A stretch of DNA of 64,000 nucleotides from Minisyncoccota bacterium. GTDB lineage: Bacteria > Patescibacteriota > Minisyncoccia > Phycocordibacterales > UBA9973. The stretch covers positions 124 to 64,123 of the forward strand of contig JBAZXM010000001.1 in the NCBI GenBank assembly GCA_041659845.1. Direction: 5' to 3'. Shown here in pieces: positions 18,518-28,058 of the stretch. The position numbers were made by a program, and so were the translations under genes. Every line of letters starts with the position of its first letter. Within the stretch, counting starts at the first letter, position 1. Under the pieces are notes generated by a model. It saw nothing but the letters and a program-made list of their open reading frames with translations. It was not told the origin of the DNA and did not search any database.

Positions 18518-21500
18518 ATGTCAACTATTTTTAAACATACCAAACTCTTTTTCAAACGAAACTCCATTCTTATCGTTTCGCTTGCTTCATTTGCGATCTT
18601 CTCCTCAGGATTACAACTCCTAGCATCATTCTCTCCTGGTCAAACACTAGATCCGAACTGTACCCCGGGATCAGTAGACTGCACCGTAGATGTCAGTAAT
18701 ACTCTTTCTAAAGGAACTTCATGGACTTCACGCACCAGCGCAGCGGATAATGATTGGAATGGCGTCGCATATGGCAATGGCCTCTTCGTGGCTGTTGCTA
18801 ATTCCGGTATTGGTAATCGTGTCATGACTTCACCCGATGGCATCAATTGGACAATCCGCACAAGTGCTTCTAACAATGCTTGGCGTGACATTACTTACGG
18901 CAACGGACTATTTGTGGCGGTTTCTCAGGATGGTGTAGGCAACCGCGTCATGACTTCACCTGACGGTATCACATGGACTTCACGTACCAGTGCGGCGGAT
19001 AATCAATGGCTTGGCGTCACTTACGGCAATGGCCTGTTCGTAGCCGTGTCTTTTGATGGCACCGGCAATCGTGTCATGACATCACCTGACGGTATTACAT
19101 GGACATCAAGAACAAGCGCAGCGGATAATAACTGGAGTAATATCACCTACGGCAACGGACTATTTGTGGCGGTAGCGCAAACCGGTACCGGCGACCGCGT
19201 CATGACTTCACCTGACGGTATCACCTGGACATCCCGCACCAGTGCGGCAGATAATGATTGGCTTGGCGTCACCTACGGCAATGGTCTTTTTGTAGCGGTA
19301 GCGCAAACCGGCACCGGCAACCGCGTTATGACCTCTCCAGACGGTATCACATGGACTTCACGCACTAGTGCGGCGGATAATACTTGGCGTTCAGTAGTAT
19401 ATGGAAATGGGCTTTTTGTAGGAGTTAGCTCTACCGGCACCGGCAACCGCGTTATGACCTCGCCAGACGGCATTACGTGGACAATTCGTACTAGCGCCGC
19501 GGATAACGGCTGGGATACAATTACCTATGGCAATGGCATGTTTGTTGCCGTAGGCTTTTCCGGCACCTCCAACCGTGTCATGACCTCCGGTAAAACCGAC
19601 TACATTCCATTTTCTCCGAATAATATTTTCCAAGGGGGAATGAATATTAACGGACTTGTCGGTATTGGAGGATCACCATCAGAAAATCTTACTATTACTA
19701 CATCTGACCTGGCTACAAATTTAACTTTTGGTATCAGAGCATTAACAGCTGGAGGTGCTTCATCAAGATCTATTTTTACTCAAAATGCTACAACAGGAGC
19801 ATTAACTCTTGGTGTGGATGTGGGATTAAATGGAACAGCAAGAGAATTTATTATTAATACCGGTTCGACAGAAAGAATGCGAATTGAATCTACGGGATTT
19901 GTAGGTATTAATGTAAACGCAACGTCACAGCCAGCATATCCTAATGCTAAATATATATTAGATGTTGCCGGCCCGACTATATTGGTTAGAAATTCAGCAG
20001 GAGGTAGATTCCTTGCAGAAGATACTGATGTTGCAGATGCAAGCAGTCCTTTTGCTTATTTTCAAAGTGACGGGGGAGTTATTAAAATAGGGAATGCAAA
20101 TAGAAATGCGGGGACAGGACTAACTACTGGAAGTGTAGATAGAATGACAATATTGGCTAATGGCAACCTCGGCATCGGGACGACTTCCCCCACCCAAAAA
20201 CTAGATGTTACGGGTTCTGGTAGATTCATAGGAACAGGCACTTCTGTTTTGACAGGAAGTATAGATCCAACAGCTTCCACCTCTGTCGTCGGAGTAGGAA
20301 CATTATTTACTACAGAATTAGCTGTGGGGGATAGTATTACTGTTAACGCAGAAACAAGAAGGGTAACAGTTATAACTGACGCTCTTAATCTTACTGTAGA
20401 TACCGCTTTTACTGATACCGCCAACGACACTTCGCCAGATAAACTAGTTCCTGTTTTGGATATTCAAAGCAGTATGGCTCAAATTTCAACAACGTTAAAG
20501 GTTTCAAACACTAGTGCAAGTGGTGGAAACATTTTACAGATGGATAGAGTTAATAATTCAAGAGCAAATGCTATAAATTTCACTACATTAGGAGCTTCAG
20601 ACTGGTATATGGGAGTATTGCGAAACGCAGGCAATCCTACCCAAACATTCGGTTTGAGTTTTGGTGATGCCAATTTGACCACGAATGGTTTTGTGGTGAA
20701 TAGTACTGGTAAATTTGGAATTGGAACGACTACTCCAACTACTCTTCTCTATGTCGGCAATTCATCAGTTTCAGGTATTGTTGCGACTTTTGAAAATTCA
20801 ACAGGAGTTTGCACAATCAATCCGACCACTTCTTCTGTCGGCTGTTCGTCCGACCAAAGTTTGAAACATGATATTACTACGCTCTCAAATTCAATGGATA
20901 AAATCCGCGCTCTTCGTGGAGTTAATTTCAAATGGAACGTTGATCAAGATTCTGACCCAATGCGAATCGGCTTCATCGCTCAAGAAGTGCAGTCTATTGT
21001 GCCAGAGCTCGTTTCCGATATGCCCAATGGAAAACTCGGAGTCAATTATGCAGGATTCACTCCACTCCTCATTGAAGGTATGAAAGATCTTGACCTCCGC
21101 TTGAAATCTCTGGAAACCCTTGATGACGGAACAGGTTCTTCACCTCTGAAGAAACTCATTATGGATTATCTTTTGAATACAGAGGAGAAGATTATGAATG
21201 GCATTGTCCGCGTGCAGGAACTCATCACTAACAAACTCACTGTTGGAAGTTCTTCACAGCCTGCAGGGGTGACATTGTTTGATCAAGTCACATCGAGTCC
21301 ATACTGTATCTCGGTTGCAAATGGAACACTCACGACGCTTTCAGGTGTGTGTGGTACTGCGGCAACACCATCCTCTCCTTCGATAGGCTCAGGATCTCCG
21401 ACAACCCCACCACCGAGCGATCCACTACCATCCGACCCTGATCCGTCGCCAGGAGGCGAGGAAGTACCTCCAACACCTTCTGATGAGAGCGTTACTCCAC

Positions 21501-21538
21501 CGGCTGATATTCCACCATCCGAACCTGTGGTTGAATAA
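18518..21538 (+). CDS. Large surface adhesin: signal/anchor, 7 tandem propeller repeats, tail-fibre-like beta region, peptidase S74 chaperone domain, Pro-rich tail
   Basis: 43-aa repeats WTSRTSAADN.W..VTYGNGLFVAV...GTGNRVMTSPDGIT; G..GIGTT.P motifs; SSD.SLK.DI...GFIAQEV..IVPELV S74 motif. Confidence 0.85.
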   Translation: MSTIFKHTKLFFKRNSILIVSLASFAIFSSGLQLLASFSPGQTLDPNCTPGSVDCTVDVSNTLSKGTSWTSRTSAADNDWNGVAYGNGLFVAVANSGIGNRVMTSPDGINWTIRTSASNNAWRDITYGNGLFVAVSQDGVGNRVMTSPDGITWTSRTSAADNQWLGVTYGNGLFVAVSFDGTGNRVMTSPDGITWTSRTSAADNNWSNITYGNGLFVAVAQTGTGDRVMTSPDGITWTSRTSAADNDWLGVTYGNGLFVAVAQTGTGNRVMTSPDGITWTSRTSAADNTWRSVVYGNGLFVGVSSTGTGNRVMTSPDGITWTIRTSAADNGWDTITYGNGMFVAVGFSGTSNRVMTSGKTDYIPFSPNNIFQGGMNINGLVGIGGSPSENLTITTSDLATNLTFGIRALTAGGASSRSIFTQNATTGALTLGVDVGLNGTAREFIINTGSTERMRIESTGFVGINVNATSQPAYPNAKYILDVAGPTILVRNSAGGRFLAEDTDVADASSPFAYFQSDGGVIKIGNANRNAGTGLTTGSVDRMTILANGNLGIGTTSPTQKLDVTGSGRFIGTGTSVLTGSIDPTASTSVVGVGTLFTTELAVGDSITVNAETRRVTVITDALNLTVDTAFTDTANDTSPDKLVPVLDIQSSMAQISTTLKVSNTSASGGNILQMDRVNNSRANAINFTTLGASDWYMGVLRNAGNPTQTFGLSFGDANLTTNGFVVNSTGKFGIGTTTPTTLLYVGNSSVSGIVATFENSTGVCTINPTTSSVGCSSDQSLKHDITTLSNSMDKIRALRGVNFKWNVDQDSDPMRIGFIAQEVQSIVPELVSDMPNGKLGVNYAGFTPLLIEGMKDLDLRLKSLETLDDGTGSSPLKKLIMDYLLNTEEKIMNGIVRVQELITNKLTVGSSSQPAGVTLFDQVTSSPYCISVANGTLTTLSGVCGTAATPSSPSIGSGSPTTPPPSDPLPSDPDPSPGGEEVPPTPSDESVTPPADIPPSEPVVE
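18721..19590 (+). repeat. Seven tandem 129-bp coding repeats
   Basis: Visible periodicity, e.g. GTCATGAC.TC.CC.GA.GG.AT recurring every 129 nt. Confidence 0.92.
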
Positions 21539-21556
21539 TGGTGTATACTAAAAGAA

Positions 21557-23452
21557 GTGATAGACCATAATGAAAAAATTACATATTTCGCCGAGACTGA
21601 TTTTAGGAATAAACAAGCACGCTTTGGTATAAAGGCAAAAGACCGCACTCGCCACATGTATGTCATCGGTAAGACAGGCATGGGTAAATCAACCATACTT
21701 GAAAATATGGCGATTCAAGATATTCAGAACGGCGAAGGTCTTGCATTCATCGATCCCCACGGCGGAACTGCTGAAAAATTACTTGATTATGTTCCCGAAC
21801 ACCGTATTAAGGATGTCGTCTATTTTGCGCCGTTTGATGCTGAATATCCGATGTCATTCAATGTTCTTGAGGATATCGGCGCAGACAAACGCCACCTGGT
21901 TGTTTCCGGCTTAATGAGTGTCTTTAAGAAAATCTGGCAGGATGCATGGAGCGCTCGCATGGAGTACATTCTAAACAACACATTACTCGCATTACTCGAA
22001 TATCCGGGCTCAACTTTGATGGGAGTGAACAAAATGCTTTCGGATAAAGATTTCCGAAAAAAGATTGTCGATAACGTACAAGACCCGGCAGTGAAATCAT
22101 TCTGGGTTGATGAATATGCAAAGTATACGGAAAAGTTCGCTGCTGAGGCGACGCCGGCTATTCAGAACAAAGTCGGTCAGTACACATTAAACCCACTCAT
22201 TCGAAACATCATCGGTCAGCCGAAATCATCATTTGATATTCGCGAGTTGATGGATACGAAGAAAATTTTCATTATCAATCTCTCTAAGGGTCGTATCGGC
22301 GAGCAGAATATGAATTTGCTCGGCGGCATGTTCGTTACGAAAATCTACCTAGCCGCGATGTCGCGTGCCGACCTTTCCGAAGCGGAAATCGCCAAGCTTC
22401 CACCATTTTATCTTTATGTAGACGAGTTCCAAAATTTCGCCAACGAATCTTTTTCTCAAATTCTTTCCGAAGCTCGAAAGTACAAATTCGCTCTTACAGT
22501 CGCCAACCAATATGTCACTCAAATGGTCGAGGAAGTCCGCGATGCTATTTTCGGCAACGTCGGATCGATAATTTGCTATCGCGTCGGTCCCGCCGATGCT
22601 GACCTTTTTGAAAAAGAATTTGCTCCGCAGTTCACAGCTGAGGATATAGTAAACCTAGGCCAGTTCCAAATGTATTTACGCTTGATGATTGACGGTGTCG
22701 GCTCGAAGCCATTTTCTGCTCGTGGTATGGCGCCTATTCCGCGGCCGGAAATTTTCTATCGAGAGCAAATAATCGAGAGTTCTCGAAAAGTTTTCGCCCA
22801 CACTCGTGCTGAAGTCGAAGAGGGAATAAAAGCCTGGCACGATACAATTTCTCAAAAGCCGGAAAGGCCGAAACGTGAAGAAATGCCTGCTGGCGGAAAT
22901 GAGTACCAGAGGCCTAGAGAATTTTCCGACCGGCAATTCGAAAGGCCGAGGCAGAATTTCCCGCCGAGAAATGATGCTCCGCGCAGGTTTGAAGGCGAAA
23001 ATAACAGGAGAAGTTTTCCACCTACCCCACCTCGCCAGGAAGCGCCAATTCACAAGCCTTTTGTTAAAGTTTTTGAAAAACCTCAAAAATTCGAACAGCC
23101 TCGCGCTTCTTCTCCGAAATTAAAATCACTTTTGAATGAGCTCGAAAAAAGCGAACCTTCTACGAAGTCTACTATGCCCGCATCTATGCCAGTACTTCGT
23201 CCAGAACCTGAGAAAAAAACTCTTTCCCTTCATAATCTAAATAAAGCTTCAACAGGGAAATCACTCAACCTTTCCGGGCTCAAGGATGTACTTGCAAGCG
23301 CATTGAAGGATATGCCGGAAAAGCCACGCCCAGCACCAGCGCCAGCACCTAAAAAAGAAAGCGAGCCGGAGGAAAAAATCACAACAAACGAAACACAAAA
23401 AAAACAAACAAAAGAAGTCCCTGAAGATGTTCTTAGAAAAATTTTGGAATGA
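21557..23452 (+). CDS. VirD4/TrwB/HerA-like coupling ATPase with low-complexity C-terminal tail
   Basis: RHMYVIGKTGMGKS Walker A, IDPHG, LYVDEFQNF Walker B, SEARKY, ANQY. Confidence 0.88.
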   Translation: MIDHNEKITYFAETDFRNKQARFGIKAKDRTRHMYVIGKTGMGKSTILENMAIQDIQNGEGLAFIDPHGGTAEKLLDYVPEHRIKDVVYFAPFDAEYPMSFNVLEDIGADKRHLVVSGLMSVFKKIWQDAWSARMEYILNNTLLALLEYPGSTLMGVNKMLSDKDFRKKIVDNVQDPAVKSFWVDEYAKYTEKFAAEATPAIQNKVGQYTLNPLIRNIIGQPKSSFDIRELMDTKKIFIINLSKGRIGEQNMNLLGGMFVTKIYLAAMSRADLSEAEIAKLPPFYLYVDEFQNFANESFSQILSEARKYKFALTVANQYVTQMVEEVRDAIFGNVGSIICYRVGPADADLFEKEFAPQFTAEDIVNLGQFQMYLRLMIDGVGSKPFSARGMAPIPRPEIFYREQIIESSRKVFAHTRAEVEEGIKAWHDTISQKPERPKREEMPAGGNEYQRPREFSDRQFERPRQNFPPRNDAPRRFEGENNRRSFPPTPPRQEAPIHKPFVKVFEKPQKFEQPRASSPKLKSLLNELEKSEPSTKSTMPASMPVLRPEPEKKTLSLHNLNKASTGKSLNLSGLKDVLASALKDMPEKPRPAPAPAPKKESEPEEKITTNETQKKQTKEVPEDVLRKILE

Positions 23453-23504
23453 TTAACAATTTATTTTTAAGATATTAGTGCCCAGCATAATTTTGCTAAA
23501 CCAT

Positions 23505-24971
23505 ATGAAAAAATATTTTCTGTTTGCTGTGATTCTGTTCTCTTGTTCCGCTTTTCAAGTACATGCGCAATTTGTATTTACTGAAATAATGTACGATTTG
23601 CCCGGGACTGACACTGACCATGAATGGGTTGAAATACAGAATACAGGAGCCACTGATGCGGATGTAACTGATTGGAAATTTAATGATGGCTCTAATCATA
23701 ATTTAAATACTCCGCCGACAAACGGGTCTCAAGGTTCTTTTACAATTCCTGTCGGTGAGTATGCTATTTTAACTGCTGACGCGGTGAAATTTTTGTCTGA
23801 TTATTCCGGCTACGCTGGTACTGTTATCGATACAGTAATGAGTTTGAACAATACAACAGATACTCTTAAATTGATTGATAAAAACGGGATAGAAATCGAT
23901 TCCGTAACATACGATTCATCAATCGGTGCATCGGGTGATGGAAATACGATTCAAAAATCCAGCTCTTCTTGGATAGCGAGCTCTCCTACTGTGGGAATTT
24001 CTTATTCGGTATCTTCGCAAGGCGGAGGAACTGGCACTCAAGGGGTGACTAGCGGAACCACATCTGTAACTTCCCCCTCTATCCCAATGACCGCGAAAGA
24101 CGACGGCACTCCTAAAATAACTGCGGATATTATTTTGAAAAACACTCCGATTACGGGAGTAGATGCTATTTTTGATGCGGCTGTGATCGGCTACAGTAAA
24201 GAAAAGATTACTCGCGGGAAGTTCGTTTGGAATTTTGGCGACGGAGTGACGGAAGAAACTTCCGAAATAAAAAAGATGGAGCATATTTACGATTATCCGG
24301 GAGATTATGTCGTGATGCTTGAATATTACCCCAATTCTTATAGCACTGATCCTGATGCCACAGACCGACTTGTTATAAGTGTGCTTAAACAACAAGTTAT
24401 TATTTCATCTATAGGTTTCGATGCAAATCCGTATGTTGAAATTTCAAATACCGGAACTCACGAAATTGATCTCTCAAGATTCATTTTACGAGCATCTTCG
24501 GGTGCACAATTTGTGTTTCCCAAAAATACTATTGTACTAGGAAATAAAAAAATAATCCTTTCTCCCAAGATGACACATTTCACCGCAGATGATGTGAAAA
24601 CTGCAACACTTTTATATCCGAGCGGGGAAGTCGCATTTGCATATGAGTCTGCTTTAGAGAAAATAGAAAAGCAGCCAAGAGAACAAGTACAAGATGAGAA
24701 AATCATTCAGGTGGAAGATGCAACGAAATCAATTATCGCAACTAATAATGAGGAAGTTAAAAGTTCGTCTATCTTAAATTCAAGTATTTCTCCAGAAAAT
24801 CTTCAAGCGAATGCATTTAACGCACTACCCGAATCAACTTCAAGTTCTTTTGGATTGTGGGCTTTCGGACTTATCGTTTTGATGGCACTTGCCGGGGGAG
24901 CTGTTGTATTTTTGAGATTTAATTACAGTAAAGTCCAGTCAAAGGCAGATGATTTCGAAATTCTTGAATAA
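23505..24971 (+). CDS. Surface protein with lamin-tail domains and a PKD domain, C-terminal TM anchor
   Basis: Signal peptide, FTEIMYD.PG.D...EWVEI.N (LTD), WNFGDG...H.Y..PG.Y (PKD), second LTD-like YVEI.N.G...IDLS. Confidence 0.85.
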   Translation: MKKYFLFAVILFSCSAFQVHAQFVFTEIMYDLPGTDTDHEWVEIQNTGATDADVTDWKFNDGSNHNLNTPPTNGSQGSFTIPVGEYAILTADAVKFLSDYSGYAGTVIDTVMSLNNTTDTLKLIDKNGIEIDSVTYDSSIGASGDGNTIQKSSSSWIASSPTVGISYSVSSQGGGTGTQGVTSGTTSVTSPSIPMTAKDDGTPKITADIILKNTPITGVDAIFDAAVIGYSKEKITRGKFVWNFGDGVTEETSEIKKMEHIYDYPGDYVVMLEYYPNSYSTDPDATDRLVISVLKQQVIISSIGFDANPYVEISNTGTHEIDLSRFILRASSGAQFVFPKNTIVLGNKKIILSPKMTHFTADDVKTATLLYPSGEVAFAYESALEKIEKQPREQVQDEKIIQVEDATKSIIATNNEEVKSSSILNSSISPENLQANAFNALPESTSSSFGLWAFGLIVLMALAGGAVVFLRFNYSKVQSKADDFEILE

Positions 24972-24996
24972 TAATAATAATACACTTATTCCCATA

Positions 24997-26232
24997 ATGA
25001 CAACAATTACAGAAAATAAAAAAATCTTGATTGCCGGTGGCGGATTTGCCGGTATTCGCTCTGCGCTTGATCTTATAAAAAAGCATCCTTCTGCTTCAAT
25101 CACTCTCATCAACAACAAGCCGAATTTCGAATACTATCCCGGACTCTACCGCGTGGTCATGGATCATTCACCGATCAATGTCTGTATTCCTTATGAGCTT
25201 ATCTTTAAAGATCTACCAATAAAAGTGGTAGTCGATACGATTACTGGTGTTGATCTGATGGGGAAAAAAGTGGCAGGAGAGAAAGGTGCGTACTCCTACG
25301 ACACACTCGTGCTTGGCCTCGGCAGTGAGACGACTTACTTTAATCTGCCAGGGCTCGATACTCTTTCGTTCGGTTTCAAATCAGTCAAAGAAGCAATTAC
25401 GCTTAAAAACCATCTTCATGATTTATTTTTGGAACACACTCACCCTTCAAAAGAAGAAATGGTTTCTCATTTTCATGTGGTGCTTGTGGGAGGAGGAGCT
25501 TCGGGTGTTGAGCTTGCAGGCGATCTGATGCATCATTTGGAAACTATTGCCGAAATGCACAAAATTGATCCTTCACTCATAACCATCGATATAATCGAAG
25601 CGTCTTCCAGACTTGTGATGGCATTGCCAGAATCTGCATCGCAGAAAATTTTAAACCGCCTGCATAAACTCGGAGTCAATGTATTTTTGAATCGCGCTAT
25701 AGTCAAAGAAGAAATCGAGCAAGTGTATTTGAAAGACATGTCGATGAAATCAAAGACAGTCATCTGGACTGCAGGTACGAAAACGAATCATATCTATGGA
25801 GAAATATCTGGCCTTGAGCTTGATAAAAAGGGAAAAGTTGTAGTTGATGAATATTTACAAGCGAAGGGATTCGAAAATGTTTTTATTGTTGGTGATGCCG
25901 CCGCCACGTCATATGCCGGGTTAGCGCAAACGGCTCTTTATGATGGAAAATATGTTGCACGAACTATTGCTCACAAACTTTCAAATAAAAAACTAACACC
26001 ATATGTACCAAAGAAAAATGCTTATGTTATCCCTGTGGGCTATGGCTGGGGGATTGCCATAATAGGCAAATTCCAAATTACCGGATGGATTGCATGGATG
26101 CTTCGCCGATTTATCGATTTTAAATTCTTCTCAAGCATCTTGCCACTTAGTCACATCATTAAGATGTTCAAGGACGAAAAGCCTGATACTGTCTATTGCA
26201 ATGTTTGCGCAGGGTGTGAGGATGAGAAATAA
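24997..26232 (+). CDS. ndh: Type II NADH dehydrogenase-like FAD oxidoreductase
   Basis: IAGGGFAG, VGGGASGVELAG, IWTAG, FIVGD, AQTA. Confidence 0.85.
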   Translation: MTTITENKKILIAGGGFAGIRSALDLIKKHPSASITLINNKPNFEYYPGLYRVVMDHSPINVCIPYELIFKDLPIKVVVDTITGVDLMGKKVAGEKGAYSYDTLVLGLGSETTYFNLPGLDTLSFGFKSVKEAITLKNHLHDLFLEHTHPSKEEMVSHFHVVLVGGGASGVELAGDLMHHLETIAEMHKIDPSLITIDIIEASSRLVMALPESASQKILNRLHKLGVNVFLNRAIVKEEIEQVYLKDMSMKSKTVIWTAGTKTNHIYGEISGLELDKKGKVVVDEYLQAKGFENVFIVGDAAATSYAGLAQTALYDGKYVARTIAHKLSNKKLTPYVPKKNAYVIPVGYGWGIAIIGKFQITGWIAWMLRRFIDFKFFSSILPLSHIIKMFKDEKPDTVYCNVCAGCEDEK

Positions 26233-26235
26233 AAA

Positions 26236-26859
26236 TTATTTTTCCTTACTAATCTTTTTTAAAATCAGAGGAATCTTTTTGAAATCTGCGATAAGAACTT
26301 TCCGCATACTTCCGTTATAAAGAGCGGCCGCAGGGTGATATAGTGGGAAGAAATGTTTAGTAGAAATGTTCGGAAATTTTTTAATCAAAAGTTTGCCATG
26401 AATGTTCGAAATTTTTTCTGTCGGGAAAAAGTCATTCATAGAATGGCGTCCAAGGAAGATGATTAGTTTTGGCTTAATGATATTTAATTCTTCCACGAGC
26501 CAATCGTGGCACTCCGCTTTTTCTTTGGGTTCCGGATCACGATTATTCGGTGGGCGGTATTTCACAATATTGGTAATGTAAATATCTGATTTAGCGAAAT
26601 CATGCCGCGCACCGTCCGTTGAAGCGTGGCGGCTCATTTTTATCGTTTCAAGCATTTCCGATAAAAATTTCCCCGCCGTTCCAACGAACGGTTTTCCGAT
26701 TTCATCTTCTTTTTTTCCTGGCGCTTCACCGATGAAAACGATTTTAGCATTTGGATTACCGTCGCCAAATACAGGCTGTGTCGCCGTCTTTTTCAAACCA
26801 CACTTGCATTCATCTCTCCATCTTTCATTTAGTGCATCGAGGGCTACTTTCTTTGTCAT
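26236..26859 (-). CDS. udg: Family 4 uracil-DNA glycosylase with ~13-aa insertion
   Basis: GEAPG..ED..G.PFVG.AG, YITNIVKYRPP.NR.P, YHPAAAL. Confidence 0.92.
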   Translation of the reverse strand: MTKKVALDALNERWRDECKCGLKKTATQPVFGDGNPNAKIVFIGEAPGKKEDEIGKPFVGTAGKFLSEMLETIKMSRHASTDGARHDFAKSDIYITNIVKYRPPNNRDPEPKEKAECHDWLVEELNIIKPKLIIFLGRHSMNDFFPTEKISNIHGKLLIKKFPNISTKHFFPLYHPAAALYNGSMRKVLIADFKKIPLILKKISKEK

Positions 26860-26907
26860 GCTTTTGATTATATAATAGAAATGTTACAAAGCTAATTTTT
26901 ATTTTTT

Positions 26908-27129
26908 ATGGAACATTATGTATGTACTGGAGGTTGTGGGGGAGTAAGTAATGAGGCGGGTGTATGCCAGACGGAAGGCTGTGTTCGTTTTGGTCAACCG
27001 CTTCATGAGTGTGGATGTGAGGATAATATGCACGAAGGTTTAACTAATGCCTGCAAAGATTGCGGAGAACTCTGCAAACAAAAAGGCGGATGCCAAGTAG
27101 AAGAATTTAAAACGGAAATTGAAGCGTAA
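26908..27129 (+). CDS. Small Cys-rich putative metal-binding protein
   Basis: 73 aa with 10 Cys (CTGGC, CQTEGC, CGC, CKDC). Confidence 0.7.
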   Translation: MEHYVCTGGCGGVSNEAGVCQTEGCVRFGQPLHECGCEDNMHEGLTNACKDCGELCKQKGGCQVEEFKTEIEA

Positions 27130-27155
27130 GATAATATCTGTTATAGTCTCTCTAT

Positions 27156-27380
27156 ATGATAAAAGAATTTTTAATGAAACAAATGATGAAGCGCCAATTG
27201 AAGGGTATGCCTCAATCACAGCAGGATTTGATCATGAAAGTGGTAATGGAAAATCCCGAACTCTTCAAGAAAATCGGCGAAGAGATTAAAGCAAAGACCA
27301 AGGCCGGAATGGACGAAACAGCAGCGAGTATGACAGTCATGCGCAAATACCAAGGCGAGCTTGCTAAGGTAATGAAATAG
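27156..27380 (+). CDS. Small hypothetical helical protein
   Basis: Met/Lys-rich 74-aa ORF with an extended -10 box upstream and a terminator downstream. Confidence 0.75.
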   Translation: MIKEFLMKQMMKRQLKGMPQSQQDLIMKVVMENPELFKKIGEEIKAKTKAGMDETAASMTVMRKYQGELAKVMK

Positions 27381-27502
27381 GTTTTATTAATAAAATAAAA
27401 AGCCTGCAAGTTTTTACTTACAGGCTTTTTTAGCACCTAAATTATTGACTTATCGATAAATATATGATATATTTTCAGTAAATTATTTTAAAACTTTAAA
27501 CT

Positions 27503-27970
27503 ATGAAAAAAGATTTTCCCCGAAGCAGTTATTCTGTAACCTTAAGGAAATTATCCAGAAAGTCTAAAATTGGCTTTGGAAAGTATAAAGACAGTACTGT
27601 GGGCAGTTTGATTGACAACAAGTACTACGGAGAACTTCTGTCATATTATTACAGATTCGACAAGATTGATTTTCATGATGAAATCAAAAACGAGCTTATG
27701 ATCACCAAAGAACGGAGGATAGAAAAGCCTGGCAAAGAGAGAGATATTAAGCAAGTCAAAAAATTCATGATTCTCTGCTTGCGTGACATTTATGAAAAGA
27801 ATGGCAAGTTGGAAGACGGAAAAGATTTAGACCAAACACCAACCCCATTTTTCCCTAATAGTATGGTTGTAAAACTTCCTAAAAAAGACAAAAAGAAAAA
27901 AGTGCACGGGCTGGATGAATTTTTTCATTCTAAATCTAGAAACCAAGCTAAGAACCACGGACGTCGTTGA
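27503..27970 (+). CDS. Hypothetical protein with FGKYK motif (ExoX C-terminal-like; solo cassette)
   Basis: KIGFGKYKDSTV; own TTGACT-17-TATATT promoter and terminator. Confidence 0.65.
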   Translation: MKKDFPRSSYSVTLRKLSRKSKIGFGKYKDSTVGSLIDNKYYGELLSYYYRFDKIDFHDEIKNELMITKERRIEKPGKERDIKQVKKFMILCLRDIYEKNGKLEDGKDLDQTPTPFFPNSMVVKLPKKDKKKKVHGLDEFFHSKSRNQAKNHGRR

Positions 27971-28058
27971 AAATTTTTGACGAGGCAAGTTAGGGCTACT
28001 AAAGGCGATCGAACTGATCGCCTTTTTATATTCCTTAAAAATCTGCTATAGTCTTTAA

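Noticed and set aside
18721-19590. Regularly spaced repeats with variable segments, as a possible CRISPR array
   Set aside because: The period is 129 nt, the repeats are in frame and differ at synonymous positions, and no cas genes are present. This is a protein repeat.
20840-21110. S74 tail-chaperone domain as evidence of a prophage
   Set aside because: No terminase, capsid, portal or integrase is nearby, and the protein has an export signal.
21557-23452. VirD4-like ATPase as a conjugative element
   Set aside because: No relaxase, virB4 or other mating-pair genes and no element boundaries are visible.
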